DNA of 64,000 bases from a virus (Duplodnaviria; Caudoviricetes): IMG/VR virus record IMGVR_UViG_3300023283_000076, positions 128,001 to 192,000 of that record; one strand, given 5' to 3'. Positions 16,137 to 25,019 of the stretch are shown here, piece after piece. The notes beneath the pieces were generated by a model. It saw only the letters and a program-made list of their open reading frames with translations, was not told the origin of the DNA and did no database searches. The position numbers were made by a program, and so were the translations under genes. Position 1 is the first letter of the stretch. The number at the start of each line of letters is the position of its first letter.

Positions 16137-17018
16137 TTATTCAACTGGTAACGAAAGATTTAAAAGATGTACATAATTTTCGACCCTAGAAAAATCGGGA
16201 TCATTGTCTTTACGCTCGAAATCGTCCAAGGTAACTATGTTGAAGTGAGCATTTCCATGATCATCCATAATTTTGTCAATACCTACAATAATACTTGAGT
16301 CCGTACTACTACCGACACCATTATAGAGCAGTATTGCATTGCAGTCTTTCGACTCTTGTTCTCTTATAATATTGAAACGGGCGGTTGAAAACACTCGCAG
16401 GTGATTGTTTATAGTAAACTCATATCTAAGAAATACATCAAGCGAATTTATTTCATCCAGATGATTTTCGCGCTCTATCTGTCCAAAATTCTGATCCCGT
16501 AATATATCTACTGTTCTCCAGTCTACAATCAAAACATTACCAGAACCGCGTCTCGACTGCATCCCTATACGAGAACTTGCAGCATTTATAGCGGCCTCAG
16601 TATTGACTTTTGATAGTTGGTAGATGCCGTCCTCCGGTGTATGGGCCATAGTAAATATTGTCCGCAATATTTCATCAACATATACTCTTTTAATTTTAGT
16701 TCTAGTAGAATTCGTTTCCAAATCAAATTGCTCTGCGGTTGATGATGGTAGCAAGTGACTTTTTGGTTTATTGGCTGTCGATACTATTTCTAAATTTAAT
16801 CTGTTTTCATTCTCATTATCGTTTTGATAAGTTAGTGCAAAAGCTGTTTTATGGTTTGCCGACACTTGACACCCTACTAATACGCTAAACATATAAAACA
16901 TTTTAGCATATTCATTTAGAGAAGTTTCTGAAATCTCGGGATGTGTTTTAAGAAACTCTTCTTTTACACTGTTAATATAACTGTCACGATTTTCTTTTGT
17001 ACGATATGAACTATTCAT
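16137..17018 (-). CDS. divergent gp23/gp24-like capsid protein paralogue
   Basis: LVGCQV..., STANKPKSHLL...EQFDL and AASSRIGMQSRRGSGNVLIV echo gp23 motifs (GVQPM, AKSR.L...AQDL, TRRG.GN.II). Confidence 0.55.
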   Translation of the reverse strand: MNSSYRTKENRDSYINSVKEEFLKTHPEISETSLNEYAKMFYMFSVLVGCQVSANHKTAFALTYQNDNENENRLNLEIVSTANKPKSHLLPSSTAEQFDLETNSTRTKIKRVYVDEILRTIFTMAHTPEDGIYQLSKVNTEAAINAASSRIGMQSRRGSGNVLIVDWRTVDILRDQNFGQIERENHLDEINSLDVFLRYEFTINNHLRVFSTARFNIIREQESKDCNAILLYNGVGSSTDSSIIVGIDKIMDDHGNAHFNIVTLDDFERKDNDPDFSRVENYVHLLNLSLPVE

Positions 17019-17047
17019 TATTATATTCCTTATATATAGTAAATACT

Positions 17048-17076
17048 ATAATAGATTGTTGGTGTGTTAATGTCAA
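17048..17076 (-). promoter_or_regulatory. sigma70-type promoter
   Basis: TTGACA-17-TATTAT upstream of the gp23-like gene. Similar promoters at 6498-6526, 14850-14878, 19520-19548, 20326-20354, 20475-20503, 22919-22947. Confidence 0.7.
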
Positions 17077-17201
17077 TGGTGGATTGAGTGGCTAGTCAGT
17101 GGGAGCTACTCCACCTTATCTGATTGCTTCCCTTCGGCTCGATCATCCTGAATATTATTCAGGCTATAGCTCTTCCAGACTGAGTTACGTACAATTTAAT
17201 T

Positions 17202-17276
17202 TGGTACCCCCGGAGAGATTCGAACTCCCGCGTTTATGGTTCGTAGCCATATGCTCTTCCGCTGAGCTACGGGGGT
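17202..17276 (-). tRNA. tRNA-Arg(ACG)
   Basis: ACCCCCG/CGGGGGT, TATGG-CTACGAA-CCATA, CCA. Confidence 0.9.
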
Positions 17277-17284
17277 AAAATTTT

Positions 17285-17716
17285 TTAATATATTTTTCTA
17301 CTATTTCCATTACACAACTCTTTTACACGTTTAGTATCGTTGAGATATGCGTTACAATATTTAATTATCATACGTGCATGTTTTTCATTTACCATGCAAC
17401 AATTCCAATGACCTCTTCGATAATCAAAACCAAATACATATCTAATGGCAACCCATATTCTTTTAAAAAACCCTAGATATGGGGACAATTGCAAATTAAA
17501 TGTAAGTTCTGGTAATGGCGGATACTTGTTAGGATCATCCGCATCTTCTTTAGTAAAAAGTTCTATATCATCATCATAATATGCCACCAGCATTGCATGT
17601 TCTGGGTTGTGACATTCACAATGTACATAAAAACTTTTAAAAGAATCTTGTGGGGAAGTATACAACTTAAGATTGCCTACGTTTTCATTTTCTTCTTCAT
17701 TCATAATCATCTTCAT
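17285..17716 (-). CDS. conserved phage hypothetical protein
   Basis: CECHNPEH...FFKRIWVAIRYVFG pattern. Confidence 0.65.
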   Translation of the reverse strand: MKMIMNEEENENVGNLKLYTSPQDSFKSFYVHCECHNPEHAMLVAYYDDDIELFTKEDADDPNKYPPLPELTFNLQLSPYLGFFKRIWVAIRYVFGFDYRRGHWNCCMVNEKHARMIIKYCNAYLNDTKRVKELCNGNSRKIY

Positions 17717-17876
17717 TCTTAATTTCCTCTAAGTTTATATTTTTATACGACACTATTTTGGCATTGCGTTCTTTATTTGTATTTAACCAGCTACCAAATA
17801 TAAAATATTCTGTTCCCTTCTTAGATGATACTTCTATTATAATAACCCAACCATCTGGTATTATGTTCATTCATTT

Positions 17877-18077
17877 TTATTTTTCATCTCTATTGGCGGC
17901 AATAAGTCCTATAATATAACCAATAATAACTGGACCCCCAAATGATAACAACTGGACCCATTGGGGAATATCAACTCCTATTCCGACTAAGAATAATAAT
18001 ATTGATAATATTAGACCTATTATGGCCCCTCCAGCTATTCCTACTACAATAAAAAATCCTGAAAAAAGTGGTTTCAT
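17877..18077 (+). CDS. small membrane protein
   Basis: 66 aa, two predicted transmembrane helices. Confidence 0.55.
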
Positions 18078-18151
18078 ATTTTTACCCTTTTATGTTTTGT
18101 TATATATTAATATATTTAAGGATATTTGTCAATATATTTCTTGAAATATGG

Positions 18152-18227
18152 TGGAAGGGGTGGTCAGATTCGAACTGACTTCACGAGGGTCAAAGCCTCG
18201 TGGCTCAACCATTTGCTCTTCACCCCC
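18152..18227 (-). tRNA. tRNA-Gln(TTG)
   Basis: CGAGG-CTTTGAC-CCTCG anticodon arm, GTCAG-TTCGAAT-CTGAC T arm, CCA. Confidence 0.85.
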
Positions 18228-18238
18228 TGTCGTTAAAT

Positions 18239-18314
18239 TGGCGGGAACTTCAGGTTTCGCGCCTGACCCTCTGAGGCTTCAACTCAGCGCTTCCACTAGG
18301 TTAGCTTAGTTCCC
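18239..18314 (-). tRNA. tRNA-Phe(GAA), atypical T loop
   Basis: GGGAACT/AGTTCCC, CTGAG-TTGAAGC-CTCAG, T loop CGCGAAA, G37 and G73. Confidence 0.7.
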
Positions 18315-18575
18315 ATATTATTTTTTATTTTTCATAAATGGAAGTGTGTGTATCTGTCGAGCTTTATCTTAAACTTCTTTAACCGTTGCACCATTAATAT
18401 TGAATGTATGAAATTTCCCTGCACTATCTTTATGGCTCAGAGTTGCATATACGCTATTCATGTCCGGATTAATATTGATTCTAGGGCGAATGTTCATATT
18501 AACCAGATGTAACTCTTTCATTTCTTCTATCAAATTTTTATTTTCCATTAGTAATCCTAATTTTATGTGTGATTA

Positions 18576-18890
18576 TTATATTATGTTAAATAGTAACGTT
18601 TTTACTTTATTAGTGTTAACGTGAACTCTATATCGAATACTGTCCTGTTCGCACAAATATTTAACAATAACATCTTCCTTATTGAATGCCATCGCGCTGG
18701 GTCCAAGGTTGCCTATAACAGCCGTATAAATTTTCACGGGATCATATTTGCCGTCCTCGATAGCATACGATTGTATTAGGGGACACTCCCTAGAAAATTC
18801 TGTACTGTTGACTGGGACTATTGTAGGATACTTAGCGGTGTCAAATAGAGCTTTACACAAATAATTAACTATTTCTATGATTGTTGTCAA
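18576..18890 (-). CDS. hypothetical protein
   Basis: 104 aa ORF; start uncertain. Confidence 0.45.
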   Translation of the reverse strand: MTTIIEIVNYLCKALFDTAKYPTIVPVNSTEFSRECPLIQSYAIEDGKYDPVKIYTAVIGNLGPSAMAFNKEDVIVKYLCEQDSIRYRVHVNTNKVKTLLFNII

Positions 18891-18940
18891 TCATAGTATA
18901 TTATGCTATATTAATTATTTTTTCGTATCAAGTTTAAAAT

Positions 18941-19016
18941 TGGCGGAACCGAACGGCATCGAACCGATATCCCCCGGACTGACAACCCGGTACTTTACCA
19001 ATTAAGCTACGGCTCC
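18941..19016 (-). tRNA. tRNA-Asp(GTC)
   Basis: GGAGCCG/CGGTTCC, G73, CCGGG-TTGTCAG-TCCGG, CCA. Confidence 0.9.
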
Positions 19017-19436
19017 GTACTTATTCTTTCTCTTGTCACAACAACTTCATATATTATTAGTATAATATTCATTTAAATGTTCTTTCATTTAAATGTTCTT
19101 TGGCCCATACGACTTTTGCCATAGATTGTTTAGTTCCTTCACTGAAAAATCCCAGAACATCCATTTCGCGCTGTGCTTCTTTAATTAACCTTGGCTCTAA
19201 CTCTCCAACTAATTTTTCGACCATTCGCGTTTCGTCATTCATTTAAATATTCCATATATTAAAATTTTTGTATTAAGTTTACAATGATTTTTCTATGTTA
19301 TCATATTATTTCCAATAAGAGGCTGCTCCCCACTACGGCGCATTTAACCTGTATTGTGTCATCATTCTCATTTCTATAGAATGATCTAATCACTATTAGT
19401 GAAGATTACAACAGGCACCTCTTCTTCTTTTAATTG

Positions 19437-19505
19437 TGGAGCTACGGGGTAACGATCCCCGCCATCGTGATTGCAAATCACAAGTCTGTCCCATACAGCA
19501 ACCCC
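19437..19505 (-). pseudogene. degenerate tRNA-Ala(TGC)-like
   Basis: GGGGTTG/TAGCTCC with G3:U70, loop TTTGCAA, short D arm, no TTC in T loop, no complete CCA. Confidence 0.5.
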
Positions 19506-19562
19506 ATTACTATCTAACAATGATACCCCAACAGATCAATATTGTCAAGGTGTTTTAAAAAA

Positions 19563-19640
19563 TGGTGTCACTGACGCGATTCAAACGCGCATCTCCGAGA
19601 TTGAAAGTCTCGTGTTCTATTTCATTTAAACTACAGTGAC
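19563..19640 (-). tRNA. tRNA-Glu(TTC)
   Basis: GTCACTG/CAGTGAC, CGAGA-CTTTCAA-TCTCG, CCA. Confidence 0.85.
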
Positions 19641-19839
19641 AAAAAACTGCATAAGTAAAGCATGCATTTACATACTTTCTTATACAACCTTTCGGGATGG
19701 TGACGCATCCCGAATATCGTCACCATCCCATCTTACATCGTATTTTTCATTCTACAAAAAGAATTCCATCCACGATTCCGCCCATTTATTTTTTATAGTG
19801 CTGATGGGGTCTCGTTCCCTCTTGCACTGTTCTTAAGCA

Positions 19840-19870
19840 TAAAAAAGGCAGCTTCTTAGCTGCCTTTTTG
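19840..19870. terminator. intrinsic terminator (possibly bidirectional)
   Basis: A6-GGCAGC-TTCTTA-GCTGCC-T5. Confidence 0.7.
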
Positions 19871-20135
19871 TCTATTTCTTGGGAGGTTATTTCATCTATC
19901 CCTTCCAACCTTCAGACAAAAAGGCACTATTAGACGCTTTCGCATCAAAAAAGCGCTCAGGTTGCTGTTCTTCATGCGTAATTTCTCTTACGCCTTCACT
20001 AATTTTAGTTTTTTCATTAAATGAAGTCATTTTTATTTCTTTTTTATCCTTGTTATATTTATTTATGTTCATTTTCATTAAATCTGTGTGGGTTTACTAT
20101 TTATGACAACACCCGGTTTTATAATAGAACCAATT

Positions 20136-20280
20136 GGTCCATCACCTGTTGGATCTATACTAATCATCCTAACCAGCCCTCTCGGGAGATACCGCCCCAT
20201 CCTTCATTAGTGGCTCCAAGACCTGATCCGTGTTCAATTCCAGCCACGCCGGTGTCATCATTAATGACCTTATGCCCGTC
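20136..20280 (-). ncRNA. candidate structured RNA (unassigned)
   Basis: GC-rich intergenic island with stems GTGGCT/AGCCAC, GTCAT/ATGAC, GGTC/GACC; TTGACA-17-TAGGAT promoter 45 nt upstream. Confidence 0.45.
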
Positions 20281-20380
20281 AATAATTATATCTATACTCA
20301 TAATTTATCTCTTTTAGTTTCGTATATCCTATCACGTTTATTTATGGTTGTCAATACTTTTTTGACAACTTTTTTGAATT

Positions 20381-20456
20381 TGGAGCGGCTAATCGGGCAC
20401 GATCCGATAACCTGATGCTTGGAAGGCATCTGCTCTACCAATTGAGCTATAGCCGC
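20381..20456 (-). tRNA. tRNA-Gly(TCC)
   Basis: GCGGCTA/TAGCCGC, U73, GATGC-CTTCCAA-GCATC, T loop ATCGTGC, CCA. Confidence 0.85.
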
Positions 20457-20517
20457 ATTTAAATCTATTTATATATTTTACAATGTTTAAATTGTTTTGT
20501 CAAATATAATATTAATT

Positions 20518-20793
20518 TTAACCAACATAGTCAGCGAATCTTTCGGCAGACAATTTCGCATCATCTAAATTTTTAATGGTTTTGGTGCCATGTTTATTAT
20601 ATGGCGTGCTATCATCTCCATATTTAGGATCAAATATTTTATCACCTACTTTAAAACCCGCGACTGCACGATGGGACCAACCATACCATATTCCCTTATC
20701 TTCGTCAAGGCCAGTAGGCCCTTTTCCTCTTTTAGTAATATTATATTTTTTTAAAATGTCTTTAGTAGATTCAGATAGCTGTCGTAATTTCAT
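20518..20793 (-). CDS. conserved phage protein with MKLRQLSE leader
   Basis: Restarted at internal Met 20793; WYGWSHRAVAGFKVG...AKLSAERFA; TATAAATA at 20828-20835. Confidence 0.65.
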   Translation of the reverse strand: MKLRQLSESTKDILKKYNITKRGKGPTGLDEDKGIWYGWSHRAVAGFKVGDKIFDPKYGDDSTPYNKHGTKTIKNLDDAKLSAERFADYVG

Positions 20794-21020
20794 TAAAATC
20801 AAGTTTTTATTTTTTTTTTTATTTAAGTATTTATAATTTGACATTATCCATTTAACACCAATAAAATTACTAAGCCTTAGATAATCATATATTGAAAATA
20901 TTAATATAATTTCTTGGGGACAAATATGTATCATTATTTAACTTCTTCTTAAAGTGTATACTGCTTCGGGTTTATCTTCAGACAACTTTAATATAGCAGA
21001 TGTTTCCGTATCGTTTACTG

Positions 21021-21536
21021 TTAATCTATACATTTTTTAAGCTCCCTATAATCATTAATATTACTTAGATTCAATACTGGGATATTGTAATCCCACGCTA
21101 TTCTGATCGCTTGGCCAGTTCCACCAGAGTCTTTGCCATCGTGCGTATAGCATATCACAAAATTAGTAGGGTTGTCAAGAGCCTTTCCAAAAATTTGCAT
21201 AACGTTTCGTGCCATCAATCGTTTAACATATCCAGATAGATTTTTATAATTCGGATGATATTTCTCGGCTATATTAAATGCATTGTCTGGTATATTTGAT
21301 ATGATCAAATTAGTTCGATCTTTCCATTTTCCACCATCCTTTTCAGATGCTACATATATCTCGGCAGAGTGTTGCGTTTTAGATTTCATAGCGCCCTGTA
21401 TAAACGCCGAATCCGCGCCTCTTGCCCCACCGCTGCGCAGTATATGATTGTTTTTAGCAAACTCGTGCCCTAACTTATTCATAAAGGATAATATATTAGG
21501 AGGAGTTTCTCTAGAACCTATTCCGGTGTATACCAT
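21021..21536 (-). CDS. SLOG / DprA-like Rossmann-fold protein
   Basis: YTGIGSRETP, LRSGGARGADSAF, ARNVMQIFG, SGGTGQAIRIA. Confidence 0.8.
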   Translation of the reverse strand: MVYTGIGSRETPPNILSFMNKLGHEFAKNNHILRSGGARGADSAFIQGAMKSKTQHSAEIYVASEKDGGKWKDRTNLIISNIPDNAFNIAEKYHPNYKNLSGYVKRLMARNVMQIFGKALDNPTNFVICYTHDGKDSGGTGQAIRIAWDYNIPVLNLSNINDYRELKKCID

Positions 21537-21550
21537 TTAATTGGTTTAGT

Positions 21551-21790
21551 TCAAGAAAAGAATATGGGATGTACTTTTTCATCACATATCATACATTCAA
21601 TTTCATTAATCGGAATAGCTTTTATGTTATATACCGACGGGTTATTTCCTAAAAATAATTGATATCCTTCCAATGTCATATTTGTAACTTCAAACTTTTG
21701 TTTATTTCTTTTGATAGAAAAGTTACCATTTTCAAGTGGAAACGGTTTTAGTGAAAATGCTTGTGGATAAAATTTTGTTTTTTCAGTCAT
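21551..21790 (-). CDS. hypothetical protein
   Basis: 79 aa ORF in tightly packed run. Confidence 0.5.
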   Translation of the reverse strand: MTEKTKFYPQAFSLKPFPLENGNFSIKRNKQKFEVTNMTLEGYQLFLGNNPSVYNIKAIPINEIECMICDEKVHPIFFS

Positions 21791-21793
21791 ATG

Positions 21794-22078
21794 TTATTTC
21801 CTTTTTTGTTTATGTTTTTCTATTGATATGATATCAGATCCTACTGTCTCTTGCACGATTTTTTCTTTTTTTGGCTTTTTTGTTTTTTTTACTAATCTGG
21901 TGTTTTCTTGATGCTGTTGTATAAAATTTGAAACTTGATCGTCTGGTATTCCCATCATTATAGCGATTGCATACGGTTCTATTGCTTGAGACAATGATAA
22001 TATTTCTTTTTTATCTAAGCATAATTGTATACCATTAAATTTTATTAAATGTTTAATCATAGAGTTTATCCTTTTCAA
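21794..22078 (-). CDS. hypothetical protein
   Basis: 94 aa ORF overlapping upstream stop. Confidence 0.5.
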   Translation of the reverse strand: MKRINSMIKHLIKFNGIQLCLDKKEILSLSQAIEPYAIAIMMGIPDDQVSNFIQQHQENTRLVKKTKKPKKEKIVQETVGSDIISIEKHKQKRK

Positions 22079-22883
22079 AGTTTTCCTTTGTTATTGAACT
22101 TGCACGTTCTATTATCTTAGACGTATTCATGCCATACCAACCAGATGTTGCGAACGAGTTTAATTCTATTATTTTTGGTCCGTTATTAGTCATCGCAATA
22201 TCTATTGCATATAAATCATATGGTTGCCATTCAGTATTTTCTATTATGTCTTCTACAAACATAAAAGCGCATTCGTCTGTATTTTGATCAATAGTAATCT
22301 CATCATTTACAATATAGCGTGAATGGTCGATAATTTTACGATTTCCTATAATGAACCTAGATTCCTCGTAAATATGCTTATATGTCGATATCAAAATCAT
22401 AGATTTTTTTGATATATTATATAATTGTTTTATAGCATTTAATTCTTGTACGATATCTTTTTTATGAATTATACATCCTGTGAATGATTTGTTTCCACTG
22501 GCCGGTCTAAAAAACAGCCTATTTTTATTGAAAAGTTCATAATAATATTTTGGTTTAGACATTAAATTTGAAAATGTAGAATATATATGATCTTCGTTTA
22601 AATATTGTTCAAAATCGGTTCCGAATAATGACATGTATACATTAGTATTAAAACTCTGGTTATCAAAATAGCACCCATAAAAATTTTGCATATTATGAAC
22701 CGTATTCAATGAGCCGTATACTATTACTGGTTCTACAATAGATGATAGCTCTTTTTCCATTTTCCCTCGTAAAAATGAAACATAATCAAATTCAAAATAT
22801 TTTATTTTAAGATTTTTAAATTCTTGCGCCGGGATTTTATTGTCTTCAAATATATTTCTATCTACAATCCATTTGGTGCTCAT
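22053..22883 (-). CDS. ATP-grasp family protein (R2K/DUF4343 type)
   Basis: VYGS, LFFRPASGNKSFTG, ESRFII, YAIDIA...KIIELNSFATSGWY. Confidence 0.75.
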   Translation of the reverse strand: MSTKWIVDRNIFEDNKIPAQEFKNLKIKYFEFDYVSFLRGKMEKELSSIVEPVIVYGSLNTVHNMQNFYGCYFDNQSFNTNVYMSLFGTDFEQYLNEDHIYSTFSNLMSKPKYYYELFNKNRLFFRPASGNKSFTGCIIHKKDIVQELNAIKQLYNISKKSMILISTYKHIYEESRFIIGNRKIIDHSRYIVNDEITIDQNTDECAFMFVEDIIENTEWQPYDLYAIDIAMTNNGPKIIELNSFATSGWYGMNTSKIIERASSITKENFEKDKLYD

Positions 22884-22949
22884 TTGTTATATGTTCCTTT
22901 ATGTATACCGATAGGCTTATTCTATCGCCATTTAATTTAAATGTCAACC

Positions 22950-23450
22950 CTATTTTGAGGCCATGGCCAGATATTTCCAAAATTTATCAGGTTCAACTTC
23001 TAAATATATGTATTCTCGTTTAACTCTAACCCAAAAGGACCTGCTGCCGTTTTCTCTAAAATCAATATCTAAGTGCATCATAGGCCCGGGCTGGTTTACA
23101 TTTCTTTTAGTATCTAAATATACACCTATCCCACCCCAATTCGTATTTTCAACTGCCTTGACCCAACAGTCTCGCACGTCACCCGTGGGAAATACGTCTA
23201 CGGCTTTTCCTTGTTTCCCAGTTTCTAAATCTACAAAATGTCTGCTAGTTTTAGATCCATCTGTGCGTATTAATCCTCGTGGGTGCTGTGATGGTATGAT
23301 TGCTTTCCCGTGTTCTTCTCTTAAATCATCCAAATTTGATATAACACGATAATTTACGAATTTAAGTTCTTCTGGGTTAAGCCATTCATCCACGCTAAAA
23401 TGTTCAGCGTATCCTTTTTTGATGAAATCGTATGCATTAGTGTAATTCAT
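22950..23450 (-). CDS. peptidase M15-like putative endolysin
   Basis: SRH...GKAVDVF...GGIGVY...MMHLD: H-x6-D...H zinc motif. Confidence 0.7.
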   Translation of the reverse strand: MNYTNAYDFIKKGYAEHFSVDEWLNPEELKFVNYRVISNLDDLREEHGKAIIPSQHPRGLIRTDGSKTSRHFVDLETGKQGKAVDVFPTGDVRDCWVKAVENTNWGGIGVYLDTKRNVNQPGPMMHLDIDFRENGSRSFWVRVKREYIYLEVEPDKFWKYLAMASK

Positions 23451-23862
23451 TCAATGTTTCCCATAATTTTTTATATGTATTTTCAATTATTTGTATACCG
23501 TTTTTGTTATCAACTATATTTCTAAACTCTTCTAATTTTAAGTTGATATCTTTTTTAAGAAGTGTTAGGCCATCATCATCTATATTAAATTGACCGTCTT
23601 GGAAATTCTTTTTTCGATTGTTTATTTTAACCTCAAATTCTACAATACGCTCATTCTCATTATTCTCTATATTATAAGTTACACTAAGAGTTTCATCTTT
23701 TTTAAATAACCAATTTTGTATTTGCAATTCCCCACTAACCACTGTTTTTAAAGAAAGATGTTCTTCATACCCAAATATTATTATATACCCATATTCGCCT
23801 TTGGGGTATACTGTATGAGTGACTGGAGGGTCAAATATTTCTAATATTGAATTTAATTTCAT
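23437..23862 (-). CDS. hypothetical protein with MKLNSILE leader
   Basis: Restarted at internal Met 23862; AATAAATA upstream. Confidence 0.55.
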   Translation of the reverse strand: MKLNSILEIFDPPVTHTVYPKGEYGYIIIFGYEEHLSLKTVVSGELQIQNWLFKKDETLSVTYNIENNENERIVEFEVKINNRKKNFQDGQFNIDDDGLTLLKKDINLKLEEFRNIVDNKNGIQIIENTYKKLWETLNELH

Positions 23863-23893
23863 TTTTCTAACACTGTTATTGTGTATATATTTA

Positions 23894-25006
23894 TTATAAA
23901 TCAAAACCTTTAAACGCAGTTGAATCTACACTCTTATCTATTTCTCCGACAACATATGAACTTATCTCAGTTTCTTGTGGGGCAACTTGTCGTTCCTTTC
24001 CCGCAATCCAACTTTGAGTCCACGGTAACGGATTAGCTTGTGAAACTTTATATGGACTCTCTAAGTTTACTGCCCGCATTCTTTTATTTGCTATCCATTC
24101 AATATATTGTTTTAACAGTTCTGCATTTAGCCCTATCATGGAGCCATCTTTGAATAAATATTCTGCCCAATGTTTTTCTTGATTTACCGCATCTTGAAAT
24201 AACTTAATAGACTCTGTATCGGTTTCTTTTTTTATTTTTTCATAATCTGAGTCGTCTTTTGGGAGCGTATTCAATAAAAATTGTGTGAACCCTAAATGTA
24301 AGTTCTCGTCTCGGGCTATAAATTTTATTATTTTAGCGTTTCCTTCCATTTTATTATTCTCTGCAAATGCCCATGAACATGCGAAACTTATATAAAATCG
24401 TATACCCTCAAGAATATTAACGGACATTAATGCCATCCAAAGGGCCTTTTTATGTAAATACTTAGTATATTTTTTATCATATCCATTAACGGCGGTATAA
24501 TTATTAAATTCTATGAGTTTATCATAATATAAGCTTATGTCTTTTGCGCAATCAACTATCTCTTCAATATTATTAATTTCATCGAAAACTTTCGATGGCT
24601 CAGATAATACATTACGTATCAAATGTGTATATGATTTATTATGTATTCCTTCTACAAATGACCATGCTTCTATAAACGTTTCAACTTCAGGTAACGTTGT
24701 TATAGGAAGAAATGCTAAATTAGGAGACCTTCCCTGAACAGAGTCTAATAAAATTTGTCTCTTCAAATTAGACAAGAAAATGTGTTTTTCATGTTCAGAT
24801 AAGTCTTTAAAATCTTTCGCATCCCGTGTCACGTCTACTTCTTCGGGTCTCCAAAAAAAGCTCATCTGTTTTTCATACATTTTAAGAACCCTATCATATT
24901 TCACCTCATCATATCGGGCAATAGTAACCCCATCATTTTCATTGTCAAGGAAAATGTTACATTTTTTATGAGATTTTTTATTTTTTACGTTATATGATTT
25001 GTTCAT
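23894..25006 (-). CDS. nrdB: ribonucleotide reductase class Ia beta subunit
   Basis: FFWRPEEVD, QILLDSVQGR, EGIHNKSY, LEGIRFYISF, IARDENLH, VAPQETEISSY. Confidence 0.97.
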   Translation of the reverse strand: MNKSYNVKNKKSHKKCNIFLDNENDGVTIARYDEVKYDRVLKMYEKQMSFFWRPEEVDVTRDAKDFKDLSEHEKHIFLSNLKRQILLDSVQGRSPNLAFLPITTLPEVETFIEAWSFVEGIHNKSYTHLIRNVLSEPSKVFDEINNIEEIVDCAKDISLYYDKLIEFNNYTAVNGYDKKYTKYLHKKALWMALMSVNILEGIRFYISFACSWAFAENNKMEGNAKIIKFIARDENLHLGFTQFLLNTLPKDDSDYEKIKKETDTESIKLFQDAVNQEKHWAEYLFKDGSMIGLNAELLKQYIEWIANKRMRAVNLESPYKVSQANPLPWTQSWIAGKERQVAPQETEISSYVVGEIDKSVDSTAFKGFDL

Positions 25007-25019
25007 TTATTTTTTCTCC

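Noticed and set aside
17077-17192. Calling a glycine riboswitch
   Set aside because: Partial motif only; the CUCUCAGG segment is missing and a separate promoter lies between it and the next gene. Kept as low-interest finding.
19437-19505. tRNA-Cys(GCA) reading
   Set aside because: Stem register gives a TGC anticodon and the acceptor has G3:U70, consistent with Ala.
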